A stretch of DNA of 52,750 nt from Octopus bimaculoides (GCF_001194135.2 NC_068989.1:5205240-5257989), one strand, 5' to 3'; shown: positions 1-12,415, numbered from the stretch's first letter. Notes: generated by a model not told the origin, from the letters alone. A program made the numbers and translations.

Positions 1-87
1 TATATATATATAGTGGCACTCCGTCGGTTACGTGGAAGGTTGAATAACCTCTAACTCATATTTTGCTTAATATATAGATATATATAT

Positions 88-335
88 GTGGAGGCGCAAT
101 GGTCATGGGATCGCAGTTTCGATTCCCAGACCAAGCGTTGTGAGTGTTTATTGAACAAAAACACCTAAAGCTCCACGAGGCTCCGGCAGAGGGTTGTGGC
201 GAACCCTGCTGTACTCTTTCACCACACATTTCTCTCACACTTTCTTCCTGTTTCTGTTGTACCTGTATTTCAAAGGGGCCAGCTTTGTCACACACTGTGT
301 CACGCTGAATCTCCCCGAGAACTACTTTAAGATTA
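88..335 (+). mobile_element. tRNA-headed SINE, family D variant, fused to a family A tail (340-415)
   Basis: B-box-like GTTTCGATTCCC near 118. Body GTACCTGTATTTCAAAGGGGCCAGCTTTGTCACACACTGTGTCACGCTGAATCTCCC matches the reverse complement of about 32080-32140. Followed by the shared tail GGGGTCGATTTGTTCGA...CAGCATGGCTGCAGTCAAATGA. Confidence 0.75.
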
Positions 336-665
336 CACGCATCTTGGGGTCGATTTGTTCGATTAAAAGTGCTGCTACAGCATGGCTGCAGTCAAATGAT
401 TGGGACGAATAAAAGAAAAACAAAGAAAAAAACCCAGCGAAAACTGAATGGGAAACCAAAAGTTTTTCGTGTACCGTTATATTTTAAAACATTTACGTCA
501 TCAACTTATAATAATAATTGAGGAGTAGGAGAAGTATTTCCACCGATTCATATGTTTCAAGTGAATAAGCAAAAATGTGTCGGAAATGTTTGGTAGGTCA
601 AAAGTTATTTATAATCTGGGGATTGTCTCTATCATTTATCCTGAATCGTTATTATAGGATCTAAA

Positions 666-764
666 TCAGTGAGCTGGTAGAATCGTTATCGTGTAGGAAA
701 AAAAAAATGCTTAGCCGCGTTTCTTCCGGCTCTTTACCGTCTCAGTTCAAATTCCACCGAGGTC
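666..764 (+). mobile_element. SINE family B, 5' part (runs into gap)
   Basis: GAGCTGGTAGAATCGTT...AAATGCTTAGC...AGTTCAAATTCCACCGAGGTC, matching other family B copies. Confidence 0.75.
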
Positions 765-1397
765 NNNNNNNNNNNNNNNNNNNNNNNNNNNNNNNNNNNN
801 NNNNNNNNNNNNNNNNNNNNNNNNNNNNNNNNNNNNNNNNNNNNNNNNNNNNNNNNNNNNNNNNNNNNNNNNNNNNNNNNNNNNNNNNNNNNNNNNNNNN
901 NNNNNNNNNNNNNNNNNNNNNNNNNNNNNNNNNNNNNNNNNNNNNNNNNNNNNNNNNNNNNNNNNNNNNNNNNNNNNNNNNNNNNNNNNNNNNNNNNNNN
1001 NNNNNNNNNNNNNNNNNNNNNNNNNNNNNNNNNNNNNNNNNNNNNNNNNNNNNNNNNNNNNNNNNNNNNNNNNNNNNNNNNNNNNNNNNNNNNNNNNNNN
1101 NNNNNNNNNNNNNNNNNNNNNNNNNNNNNNNNNNNNNNNNNNNNNNNNNNNNNNNNNNNNNNNNNNNNNNNNNNNNNNNNNNNNNNNNNNNNNNNNNNNN
1201 NNNNNNNNNNNNNNNNNNNNNNNNNNNNNNNNNNNNNNNNNNNNNNNNNNNNNNNNNNNNNNNNNNNNNNNNNNNNNNNNNNNNNNNNNNNNNNNNNNNN
1301 NNNNNNNNNNNNNNNNNNNNNNNNNNNNNNNNNNNNNNNNNNNNNNNNNNNNNNNNNNNNNNNNNNNNNNNNCGTGTGCGTGTGTGTGTGTGTGTGT

Positions 1398-1435
<38 letters not shown>

Positions 1436-1789
1436 GTACGTTTCATGAAAGACATGAGACTATGTTCCAGATTTATGTTTTTTCAAACAGACACTGACTT
1501 TTGATATTTTCGTATCAGTATCTTGCAGCCGTTTGGAACAATTGGATTTAGGAAATTTATTGTTCCAAACTAACTGCAAGAAGCTGATACGAAAATATGA
1601 AAAATCTGCCGTAAAAAAAAGATAAAACTGGAACTAGTCGTGTCTTTAATGAAATACGTATAGAAGTAAAGCTGTTCCTCGTGTGTGCGAGTGTATATAA
1701 ATACACATGTGTATGTACCATATACAACAGTTAATCCTGACACATATTTTTCCCCAGCTTTTTTCCTCTCTCCATCGCTTTCCTCTCCT

Positions 1790-1936
1790 CATCCCTTTGT
1801 GTAGAAGAGCATAGGTTCGAAACGTCAAAGACTTCCTCCATTTTTCTTAAGCGTCAAACTAATACACCTTATTTATTGTTTCCTTACTTGTCATCGTGCT
1901 TTGTTTCTTTGTTCCTTTTTGTACATTTTTGAACTA
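1790..1936 (+). mobile_element. Dispersed non-coding repeat with hammerhead-like motif, copy 1 (Penelope-like terminal repeat candidate)
   Basis: CTTT-GTGTAGA-A-GAGC-ATAG-GTTC-GAAACGTC-AAAG followed by ...GCGTCAAACTAATACACC..., homologous to 9680-9845, 15880-16040 and 20157-20220. Confidence 0.7.
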
Positions 1937-2486
1937 TGAGCATGTGTTTGTATGTGTGTGTGCGTGTGTGTGTGTTTCTCTCTCTCTCTGTGTATGTATG
2001 TATGTATGTATGTATGTATGTATGTATGTATGTATGTATGTATGCATGCATGCATGCATGCATGTATGTATGTATGTATGTATGTATGTATATATGTATG
2101 TATGTATGTACCTATATATATGATGGAAGAAGTGGCATAGGAAGACCATGGTTTAATTAGAAGGTTAATCTTAAAGCTAATCTGAATTTGAGAAAGATTC
2201 CCGCAGAAATATTTGGGGAAAACTGCATCGAATCCCAACTAATGGGGGTTAACTTGCTATAGGGCCATAAATAACTATGAACTGAGCCATCTGGTTCACG
2301 TCAATGAGAGCAAACACAAAGCCTCGAACTAAGATAACAGCCTCTCTGAATAACAATCCATTCTCAAGTCCAGTCTGTGGAATTGTCTGTAAATTGTAGG
2401 TTGGATTGAAGTTTCAAGAGAGACAGCGACATATAAGAAAAAATAATACTGTTAGACCCTCATACTTCAAAATCGACGGAAGTCCG

Positions 2487-2592
<106 letters not shown>

Positions 2593-3420
2593 CTATAAGA
2601 CGTTGCACAAGCACTAAACTCTGAGTGCATTGTTCTTATAGCATAACTCCTGTTTTTTTGTTATTCATTAACTTTACATACCAAAGGCGTGCACTCTCAG
2701 GCATGCAAGCTATGCGCTGCATGTTCTGTGATTTTTTATCGATATCATCGGAAAATTAGATAAAATAGTTACTTTGTTTCAAAGAAAATCCCGTCCAGTT
2801 GTTTTCGAAATATTCTGTCTCCACTTCCCCTCTCTCAGTGACTCGTACTTCTGCTTTGAGAAGTCATGGTTTGAGAAGACCCGCATGACAGACACTCCCT
2901 CTCTGTCTCTGTTAGTTAGTCCTTCCTTCCTCTCTCTCTCTTAGTGACTTGTTTAAAAGATATGCCAAAAAGATAGGGTATTTGAAATATTTTGTACCGA
3001 CTTCCTCTCTCTCTTAGTGACTCGATAAATTCATTGTCATGCTTTGAGAATAGTCTCTTTCTCTTCGTTAGTGTAGAATTGTTGCTAACCTGGTTCCACT
3101 TTTTGACAGGTAAAATTTTTGACCCGAACAAGAGCAGTCCCATAGTTCTTGAGTTAGCCAGCTGAAATGTTTGGCGGTAAGTTTGAATTTTTTTTATCCA
3201 AAACATCTGTTTGCACTATTATACTTTTGGTGTGTTCTGAAAACAAAAATATGATCTATATAATCTATATTTCTTATTTCAGAAGTAGCTAATTAATCTT
3301 AAATTAATTTAACTACGGTTATTTTTCCGTTTTGTTGACATTGACTTACAATTTACGTAGATGCTTACACGTGTGTTCTTATATAAGAGTAGTCTTTTTC
3401 GAAATGAGTGAAATGTCTGT

Positions 3421-4190
3421 TATAAACTATATTTTGAGAAATTGTTTTTCGAAAAGAAACTTCGATGGAAAACAATTAATTATAAACAATGGGAGACCAA
3501 CACCGAATTTACCTAATTTGCGAAGCTACAACAAGAAATTCACGAGACAATTTCAGGCTAATTTGTATGAAAAGAAAAAATGGTTAACTGGAAGTGCTAC
3601 ACTTCATAAATTATTCTGTTGGCCTTATTTACTTTTTTTGCTTAGAATAGAATGTTCGGAATGATAAAGGCTTTGATGATTTAAATAATTTACATATGGC
3701 TATGCTAAAGCATGAGCGTTCTCAAAGGCATATAAAATCTTTGATAGATCTTAAAATATTCGGGAATGTTTGCATAGACTTACAATTAGATGCATNNNNN
3801 NNNNNNNNNNNNNNNNNNNNNNNNNNNNNNNNNNNNNNNNNNNNNNNNNNNNNNNNNNNNNNNNNNNNNNNNCATGTAAAAATCAAAGCATACAACATCA
3901 TAAGGAAAAAGTTAGACGAAACAGATCCATTCTGCAACGATTGTTGTTATTTTTTTAGGCCTCCAGGAATTATCGTTTCGGGGTCATTTTGAATCTGAAG
4001 GCTCTAATAATCGTGGAAATTATAAAGAACTCGTATATTTAATCAGTAAATATGACAAAAAATGGAAAGTAATCTAGATACAGCTTCTGTCTTCACCGGT
4101 CTGTCAAACAGAATTCAAAATGACTTGATCGATGCAATTCATAAAGTTATGTTGAATGAGATGCAAAAGGAAATTGAGCAAGCTAAGTTT
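3421..4190 (+). pseudogene. Decayed hAT-superfamily transposase, N-terminal part (ZMYM1-like, TTF-type zinc finger plus DUF4371)
   Basis: Pieces read NGRPTP...FTRQFQANLYEKKKWLTGSATLHKLFCWP, then GFDDLNNLHMAMLKHERSQRH, then QELSFRGHFESEGSNNRGNYKELV, then (frameshift in the A-run near 4060) FTGLSNRIQNDLIDAI. These are DUF4371 hallmarks. Frameshifts and a gap are present; there is no catalytic DDE region. Confidence 0.85.
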
Positions 4191-5038
4191 GGGTACTATT
4201 CAAGAAGAATGGTCCCTGTTGTATTTGCGCTTGCACATCATAGATTCATCTATTTCTATGATGTGCCCAAGTTCACCAATTTGGTAGGGGTTACGCAAAA
4301 GATAATTACTTGTAATGTCCCTCATGTACTGATACCATTGAACAACAGTAGATTTTGAAAGACCGGTCATCTCAGACGATATATGTACGGCTGTATTATG
4401 GAGCCATAAATACGTGACAAGAATGAAGTCCTGTAGACATAATTTGGAATTTTCCAGAAACGAAGACTTTTTAATGGACTCTTTACCAAAAACAGGTAGT
4501 GTATAATTTATTTACTTTGTTTTAAAAAAATTATTTACTTTTTGAAAAGAAATTATTGACTTTGTTGAGAAAAAACCCTCATACATGTTTTGAGCATGCG
4601 CACGTGATTTTTATGCGCGCATCTATTAATTTGCATACGTGCACTCGCGCTTGGTAGTCCTAGGATCGACTAGTCACGACTAGCTAGCGCGGATGCGCGA
4701 GTGCGCACACTCTTCTTGAACAGTACCCTAAGTTTGTTTCTATTCGTTGTATATATGTATGTGTATATATATATATATATATATATTTGTATATATGTAT
4801 ATATTTGTGTGCATAAATGTATGTATGCATATATATATACATACACACACACACATATATATACATATATTGGCGTATGTGTGAATATGTATCTGTATGC
4901 ATGTGCGTATGCTGGTATTCATGCATGCATACATGTGTATATGCACGTACTTATGTAACTGTGTATGTCAGTGTGTGGGTAAATATATGTAACTACGACT
5001 ATATGTGTGTGTATGAGTGCATTTTTATATATGTGTAA

Positions 5039-5073
<35 letters not shown>

Positions 5074-5664
5074 TGAGTGTGTGTGTATATGCGTGTGTGT
5101 GTGTGTGTGTGTGTGTATGGATGGCGATTAACTTCGCGTAGAAGTGAGCAGAGAATCTGAGGCATTACTCTGGTATAGCTATTGAATGGAAGTCATTGTG
5201 GTATGCAAGGAATGTGAGTCTTGTACGTCTAAACCATAGCAACAGACTTTGTAACTATTCTTTTTGCTTAAATTAACCGAATTTTCGTAGAAACCAAAGT
5301 CTAAATGTCTTTTGACGGAACATTCTCGAAGCAATCACAATTATTGTAGATTCAAAGTGATTTTTACGGGATCCCTTCTCATTTGAAATCGAGCCCTTTT
5401 CCTAAGGGACGCAGAGATCTTGTGTCGGAACGCGTCGGAATGCGTTGGAATGTGTCGTTGCAGTCTCACACAGCAGACCGAAAACTTTATTCCTTCTCAG
5501 GCCTATGTCTGTTAAACTGTGCTGATAATGGTGGCGCCTCTATCATCACCATAAACGCTAAAAATAGCAATAGAATCTCAAATAATGGAATGGAATGACG
5601 CATTGGAAAACGTAATCCTGGATATTTAAAACGATTGACTGACCACGGTTGGAGCGGTTTTCGT

Positions 5665-5831
5665 AATGCAGGCATGACTGTGTGATTAGAAATTTTGTAT
5701 AGCTGCCACATGGTTTCAGGTTTAGTTCTAGTGCATGACACCTTGGGCAAGTGTCTTCCACTATGACCTCGAATCGACAAGTGCCGTGTGATTGAATTTG
5801 GTAGACGGAAACTGTGTGGAAGCTTGTCATG

Positions 5832-5832
<1 letters not shown>
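5665..5832 (+). mobile_element. SINE family A, degenerate 5' half
   Basis: GCAGGCATGACTGTGTG head, then CACCTTGGGCAAGTGTCTTC...TTTGGTAGACGGAAACTG, then (AT)n. Confidence 0.8.
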
Positions 5833-5865
<33 letters not shown>

Positions 5866-6338
5866 TGTGTGTGTGTTTTGATATCCTATTATCATTTTGT
5901 TTTTACTTATTTCAGTCAATAGACAATGGCCCCACCCTGAAGAAGTTTCAGAAAACACCAGTCAAACTAAAGTCTGTAAATAGCGTTCGATTATTTTTGT
6001 CAATTATTTGTAAACATTATCTTTTACTTGTTTCAGTCATTTCGCAGCGGCCATGCCGAGGCACCGCTTTGGAAACATTAACTATTTTTTTTCTGACGTC
6101 TTTCGCAGTCTACTTGATTCTTTTTTTTTTTTNNNNNNNNNNNNNNNNNNNNNNNNNNNNNNNNNNNNNNNNNNNNNNNNNNNNNNNNNNNNNNNNNNNN
6201 NNNNNNNNNNNNNNNNNNNNNNNNNNNNNNNNNNNNNNNNNNNNNNNCTCTCTCTCTCTGTCTCTGTCTCTCTCTGTCTCTCTGACTCTGTCTCTCAGTC
6301 TCTGTCTCTCTGTCTCTGTCTCTGTCTCTCACTCCCTC

Positions 6339-6387
<49 letters not shown>

Positions 6388-6439
6388 GTCTCTCTCTCTC
6401 TCTCCTCTCTTCCCGCCCTCTCTCATACAAATATACACA

Positions 6440-7310
6440 TATTATTTGATTTCCTGTCAGAAGAATTTCTAATAGGAGTTATCTTATATGTTTCTCCACC
6501 ATGCAGAATTTTGTAATTCCTATTAGGAAATGAAACATGTGTAATTGTGAACAAATAATACCAAATACCATTGCCACTATTTCTCAGGTGTGGTGTTGGC
6601 AGTTCTACATACTTCCTCATGGAACTTCTCCGCACTCACATCATTGTCTCCCTCGGTTGAACTATAGACTGTGATGACTGTCAGCCTGGGCTTTCCTTCG
6701 AAGGCAACCCTCAACACTTGCAGGGAGATAGGTATGATTTCCCTAACTAACAGATTGACTCTTGCACTGCACACAAAACTCATTCCTCATACTGCAGCAC
6801 CAGCCGTATTCCTCACTGCTGGTGTAGTGATGAGCTGGGTCTTCTTTCCAATCACCACTCTCTTCCCGGACTCATCGTGTAGAATCCGGTGTTCTTTGAT
6901 CGCAAGTATCTGCATAACACTCTCCTCAAACCGATGACCCAACTCCTCTCTCTTCTCCAGCGTACGAACAGCTCTCACATTCAGAGTGCTAATTTGTGTG
7001 TTTCTTCTGCAAGACAAAAATGTGTATATTTGTCTCAGAGACAGCTGATCCATCATCTTCTGGTGCTCCCTGTGGATCTAAACCGGCAAAGCCAGGCTGC
7101 TCCTTGACAGTGTAGTTAGGGGCTCTAACCCTAGTGCTGTTAAGTATACTCTCCATGGCAGCGATGATGAGGGCCAAGAACTCGTCCATGGTTCTCTGGA
7201 ATTTTACCCCCCCCCCACACACACACAAATAAATGACAAAGGAACAAGGATTATGCAACCCGTGGAGCAGAGTCCCCATCTCCGCGAGATACCCCCTCAT
7301 CTGCCGTGTC
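6440..7310 (-). pseudogene. RTE-like LINE 5' fragment: 5' UTR plus apurinic endonuclease domain, with stops
   Basis: Minus strand reads ISTLNVRAVRTL...ILAIKEHRILH...LITTPAVRNTAGAA, then ISLQVLRVAFEGKPRLTVITVYSSTE...EKFHEE. This matches AP-endonuclease motifs (TWNVRTL, LGIQEHR, IISxYSPT) of RTE/RTEX LINEs. Confidence 0.85.
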
Positions 7311-8019
7311 TATGTACCATGTAGTCGACCAACACGTGTTTTGCCGCTTACCCAACTCTCAAAGACCACAAATCAGCCCACCCGATGAGGAAAGCTCTTA
7401 CGGTTTAGGCGTTTATTCTTCATACAAAAACAAAGGATCCTGCCGAGAGTCACTTTGGTATTTTGATGTTATATTTTATTTTGTCTCGGTGTTTGAGTTG
7501 GTTTTGACAGTAAGCTTATTTCCTCATACACGTCACGTAAAACACTCACATAGCTGCACCAACCAGTTGTCCACAGTATCTCTGTAGGTATCTGTTGGTG
7601 AACACTCTTCTGGTGTCTGTATGTATATCTGTGTGTGGTGTATGTGTGTCTGTGTATATATGTATGTGTGTGTGTATGTATGTATATGTATATGTATATA
7701 TATATATATGTGTGTATGTGTACATACGTATATATATGTATATATATATGAGTACGTATGTATATATGTCTCTGTGTACATATGTATATNNNNNNNNNNN
7801 NNNNNNNNNNNNNNNNNNNNNNNNNNNNNNNNNNNNNNNNNNNNNNNNNNNNNNNNNNNNNNNNNNNNNNNNNNNNNNNNNNNNNNNNNNNNNNNNNNNN
7901 NNNNNNNNNNTATATATATATATATATATATATACATATATATGAATTTATAATAGTTTTAATTTTAAATTTAGTATTTATACGACTGATGATGATGATG
8001 ATGATGATGATGATGCTAC

Positions 8020-8060
<41 letters not shown>

Positions 8061-8335
8061 ATGATGACGACGAAGTGATAACGAGGCTGGCGGTGACCTC
8101 GACAATGACGTCGGCAATGTTTGAGATGAAATGTCATAGAAGATAATTTACCTCTTGGAAATGTTAATTTTCATAATCCTTCTGGTTTGTGGTAGAGGTG
8201 ATAGTGGTGGTGGTGTACGTGGTAGTGTACGTGGTGGTGGTGATGGTCGTGGGGTTAATGGTGATGGTGGTGGCAGAAATGCTGGAACAAACGACAACTC
8301 CAGTGCATTGCATCATTTGGTTATGCCGCTCACTC

Positions 8336-8525
8336 TGCTATAAATAGCAGCTAAATCTCCCTCCACTCCGCTCTTAAACCCCATCCTTCTTTCCTTGAAA
8401 ACAATGAAAGGACACATTAAAAAAACATAGTACTGGATATATATATAGCGCGAACAAACATAAATAAATAATGTTTGTCACGGTTGGAATGCTTTTGATC
8501 GCAGTCCTGCTCGATAATGACCTGG
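8336..8525 (+). mobile_element. Family C retroposon, degenerate
   Basis: AAATAGCAGCTAAATCTCCCTC...GTCACGGTTGGAATGCTTTTGATC...GACCTGG, shared with copies at 16.8, 30.8-31.6 and 34-39 kb. Confidence 0.6.
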
Positions 8526-8575
8526 TTTCAAAGTGTGAAGTTTATTACATAATCTAGTAATATGCTTTGTAGGGA

Positions 8576-8740
8576 AGGCGGCGGACTGGCGGAACCGTTA
8601 GCACGCCAGACAAAAGGGATTACTTTGTTTTCTGTCTGTCTTTACGTTTTGTGTTCAAATTACACCGAGGTCGATTTTGCTTTTTATACTTTCGAGGGTC
8701 GATAAAATAAGTACTTGTTGAGCACTGGAGTAGATATAAT
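8576..8740 (+). mobile_element. SINE family B
   Basis: GGCGGCGGACTGGCGGAACCGTTAGCACGCC head, GTTCAAATTAC B-box, GAGGTCGATTTTGC...GGGTCGATAAAATAAGTAC core. Confidence 0.85.
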
Positions 8741-9135
8741 AAACTAACATCATCATCGTCAGCCACATCATCAACAACAACAGTAACAACAACATAGTTT
8801 TTTTTAATGCAAGCTGTGTCAATTCCAGCATAAACATCTTCAGACGTTTTATTCCTCCGCATCCAATGTCCGAAGTCCACTTTTTAGTGTTTATTGTCTC
8901 AAGTCGACTTCTTGCTCCCCCCCACCCGCTTCATTAACGATCATCATCATCATCATAAGCGGCCGAAAGTCTTTAACACATGAAGTAAAGGCTATAAGAG
9001 ACATTGTCCACTTACATTGCATTATATATTGTTTATTGTCCTTTTATACCCACCTCAGCCGCCATTGTCAATGGTACTCCTTTTAAAGTCCAGTAGGCAT
9101 TGTGTGCATGTTTACTAATCCAGTCACCTCTTCTG

Positions 9136-9174
<39 letters not shown>

Positions 9175-9525
9175 GTATGTATGTATGTATGTATGTATGT
9201 ATGTACACATAAACGCACATGTACATACACACACTTATATANNNNNNNNNNNNNNNNNNNNNNNNNNNNNNNNNNNNNNNNNNNNNNNNNNNNNNNNNNN
9301 NNNNNNNNNNNNNNNNNNNNNNNNNNNNNNNNNNNNNNNNNNNNNNNNNNNNNNNNNNNNNNNNNNNNNNNNNNNNNNNNNNNNNNNNNNNNNNNNNNNN
9401 NNNNNNNNNNNNNNNNNNNNNNNNNNNNNNNNNNNNNNNNNNNNNNNNNNNNNNNNNNNNNNNNNNNNNNNNNNNNNNNNNNNNNNNNNNNNNNNNNNNN
9501 NNNNNNNNNNNNNNNNNNNNNNNNG

Positions 9526-9645
9526 AACTGGAGTAACGTGAAATAAAACGTCTTGCTCAAGAACACAACACACAGCCCGGTCCGGGAATCGAACTCACTA
9601 CCTCATGATTGTAAACCCGATGCTCTAACTACTGAGTCATACACC
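9526..9645 (-). mobile_element. SINE family D, tRNA-like head
   Basis: Reverse complement shows an A-box (TGACTCAGTAGTTAG), a B-box (GAGTTCGATTCCC) and TTCTTGAGCAAGACGTTTTATTTCACGTTACTCCAG. Confidence 0.8.
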
Positions 9646-9679
9646 TATCGCTAGCCACTAAACCTTATTTTTATTTTCT

Positions 9680-9845
9680 CTCTCTGTTTATTTCTGTGTT
9701 CCTTTCTGATGAAGAGCGTAAGCTCGAAACATAAAAGACTTTCTCACTTCCCGAGCGTTAAACTAATACATCTGTTTGTTATTTATACACACCCATCTTC
9801 GTCTTTTGTTTGTTTCTTTTTGTAAATTCCAACTATATATATAAA
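9680..9845 (+). mobile_element. Dispersed non-coding repeat with hammerhead-like motif, copy 2, ending in (TA)n
   Basis: Colinear with the copies at 1790 and 15880; ends AAATTCCAACTATATATAT. Confidence 0.75.
9702..9737 (+). ncRNA. Minimal type I hammerhead-ribozyme-like motif (activity untested)
   Basis: CTTT / CTGATGA / extra A / stem II GAGC-GTAA-GCTC / GAAA / C-A-T-A / AAAG. The core is intact and stem I is CTTT:AAAG. The stem III G is mutated in this copy but present (GAAACGT) in the other three. Confidence 0.5.
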
Positions 9846-9981
9846 AAGGAATGTTAACATCTGAAAACAGTATTGGTTCCAGGTCTGCATGATAAAAGCG
9901 GCTGAGCTGGCGATAAACAAGAGCAATAACAACAGCGGTGTTGAAAACACCGCCAACAAATACCAACAACGTTTATTGCAG

Positions 9982-10059
9982 TTTCGGCAGTTTCTAAAAA
10001 AGTTAACTTGCAATTTTCGTCGTTACACGTGCTGGTCAGGATGCTGTCGTCAAGCAAAG
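9982..10059 (+). CDS. Candidate internal exon FRQFLKKLTCNFRRYTCWSGCCRQAK (unassigned)
   Basis: TTTATTGCAG acceptor, AAG|GTAAAT donor, 78 bp, open in phase 0. Non-repetitive, basic and Cys-rich, like a membrane-proximal tail. Confidence 0.25.
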
Positions 10060-10223
10060 GTAAATGGAAAATGTCAACGAGTCGTACAGCTTTCGTTTCG
10101 TTTGGTCTTTGTTGTTCGTTATTGTTGATTATATGTTTGTTTGTCCAATTTTCCTGAGTTTTTTTCTCTTCTACCACTCTTACTGAGGAGTATTTTTTAT
10201 CTAAAAAAATTTTTTTATCGTTG

Positions 10224-10962
<739 letters not shown>

Positions 10963-11446
10963 CTGTTTACTCAACCTAGACAGACGGAACCTTTCAAATA
11001 TGACATTTGCTTGCTGGCTTGCTTACTGAATGTCACACATCGATTGACTGATCTCTCTCTTACACAAACACTATACACAAACGCATACACACCAACATAC
11101 ATACTCACAGAAATGCGTCCAACGCAAACGGACGCACTTACAGGTGCACATACGCACGCACTTGCATAAGGAAAAAAGAAAAAGTAAAAAAAAACTGAAT
11201 GGAAGCAAAATAAAAAATAGAGAAAAGAAATGAAATAAGTAAACAATAATAGCGTGGGAGGGTGAAAGAGAGAAGAGATAAAAAAGAGAAAGAATAAAAA
11301 AAGAGAAGCAGAGAAAATTAAGCAAAAGACTAAAAAACAAAAACGCAATAACGATTAAAGAAATGAAATAGGTGCACGCGCACGTGCACATGCATATACA
11401 CACACGGGCACATGCGCACGCACGCATACATACGTTAACACTTATT

Positions 11447-11572
11447 TTATCGATCAAGAGAGGATGAAAGGTAAAATCAACCCTGGCAGAATTTGAACTC
11501 AGAGTGTAAAGACGGACGAATTACCGCTAAGCATTTTGCCCGGTGTGCTAACGATTCTCCCAGCGCTCACCA
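11447..11572 (-). mobile_element. SINE family B
   Basis: GGATGAAAGGTAAAATCAACC...GAATTTGAACTCAGA...CCGCTAAGCATTTTGCCCGGTGTGCTAACGATT on the plus strand. Confidence 0.85.
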
Positions 11573-11589
11573 CTTTCTTCTTAATAATG

Positions 11590-11634
<45 letters not shown>

Positions 11635-12133
11635 TGTACAGTACGTTTCTCTGCCCTAGGTGTCAGGAAGACACTCGGCAAGAAATGGAAACAATTGACA
11701 GAAGATGCTTATGAAAATGATAATGATAATAATAAACCTCGGTAGGATTTGAACTTAGAATGTAAACAGCTGAGCGTTTTGTCCAAGGCGTTAACGACTC
11801 TGTCAGCTTGCAGAATAACAACAAGAATAGAAACAAGGACAACAACAAAAAACAACAACAGATGTATCCAAAAGGCATGTTCCATAAGGAAACATAAGCC
11901 AAAAAAAAAAAAAAGTATAACTCGAATTACACAACAGAAATAACCAACACGATAAAAACCAGAGACATATATACGCCCAAACGAAACGAAACTGAAACAA
12001 AACTCAGCATCTAACGACTAAATAAGGAAATAAGAAAACAAAACAATATAGATAACGTGAAAGTATAGGAAAACAAAAGAAAATTGGCAGACATTTGATT
12101 CCAGCATAAACTAGAAAACAAACAGTTACATAT

Positions 12134-12215
12134 CAGGATCGGCCAAACAGCGGTTCGCGAGTTACACGCAGTTCTTTGACATTATATGTGTCTGGCATTA
12201 TATACGTTGGCTGAG
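12134..12215 (+). mobile_element. hAT/Charlie-like MITE terminus
   Basis: CAGGATCGGCCAAACAGCGGTTCGCGAGTTACACGCAGTTCTTTG resembles CAGGGGTCGGCAAAC...CGGCTCGCGAGCCACATGCGGCTC hAT ends. The second end was not found. Confidence 0.5.
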
Positions 12216-12254
12216 CTTATTTTTTCGTCATGGCTAATATCTACTATTTTTTAT

Positions 12255-12415
12255 CTTCTACTTGTTTCAGTCATTTGACTGCGGCCATGCTGGGGCAACG
12301 GCTTGAAGGGCGTTTGTCGAACAAATTCACTTCCAGTACTTAGTATTTTTATAATTCTTGGCACTTATTCTATCAGTCTCTTTTGCCGAACCGCTAATTT
12401 ACGGGGACAAACACA
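12255..12415 (-). mobile_element. SINE family A, 3' part
   Basis: TACTTGTTTCAGTCATTTGACTGCGGCCATGCTGGGGC...TTTTGCCGAACCGCTAA. Confidence 0.85.

Noticed and set aside
2681-4654. Pairing 2681 and 4639-4654 as the two TIRs of one hAT element
   Set aside because: Spacing between CCAA and GTGCAC differs and the 8-bp flanks do not match.
5915-5974. Apparent exon after TTTTACTTATTTCAG with GTAAAT donor
   Set aside because: The acceptor-like text is the reverse-strand SINE A tail (TTTTACTTGTTTCAGTCA), seen many times in the window.
7381-7400. CCGATGAG-GAAAG-CTC as a hammerhead; also the minus-strand CTGATGA near 49197-49203
   Set aside because: No GAAA after a closing stem II.
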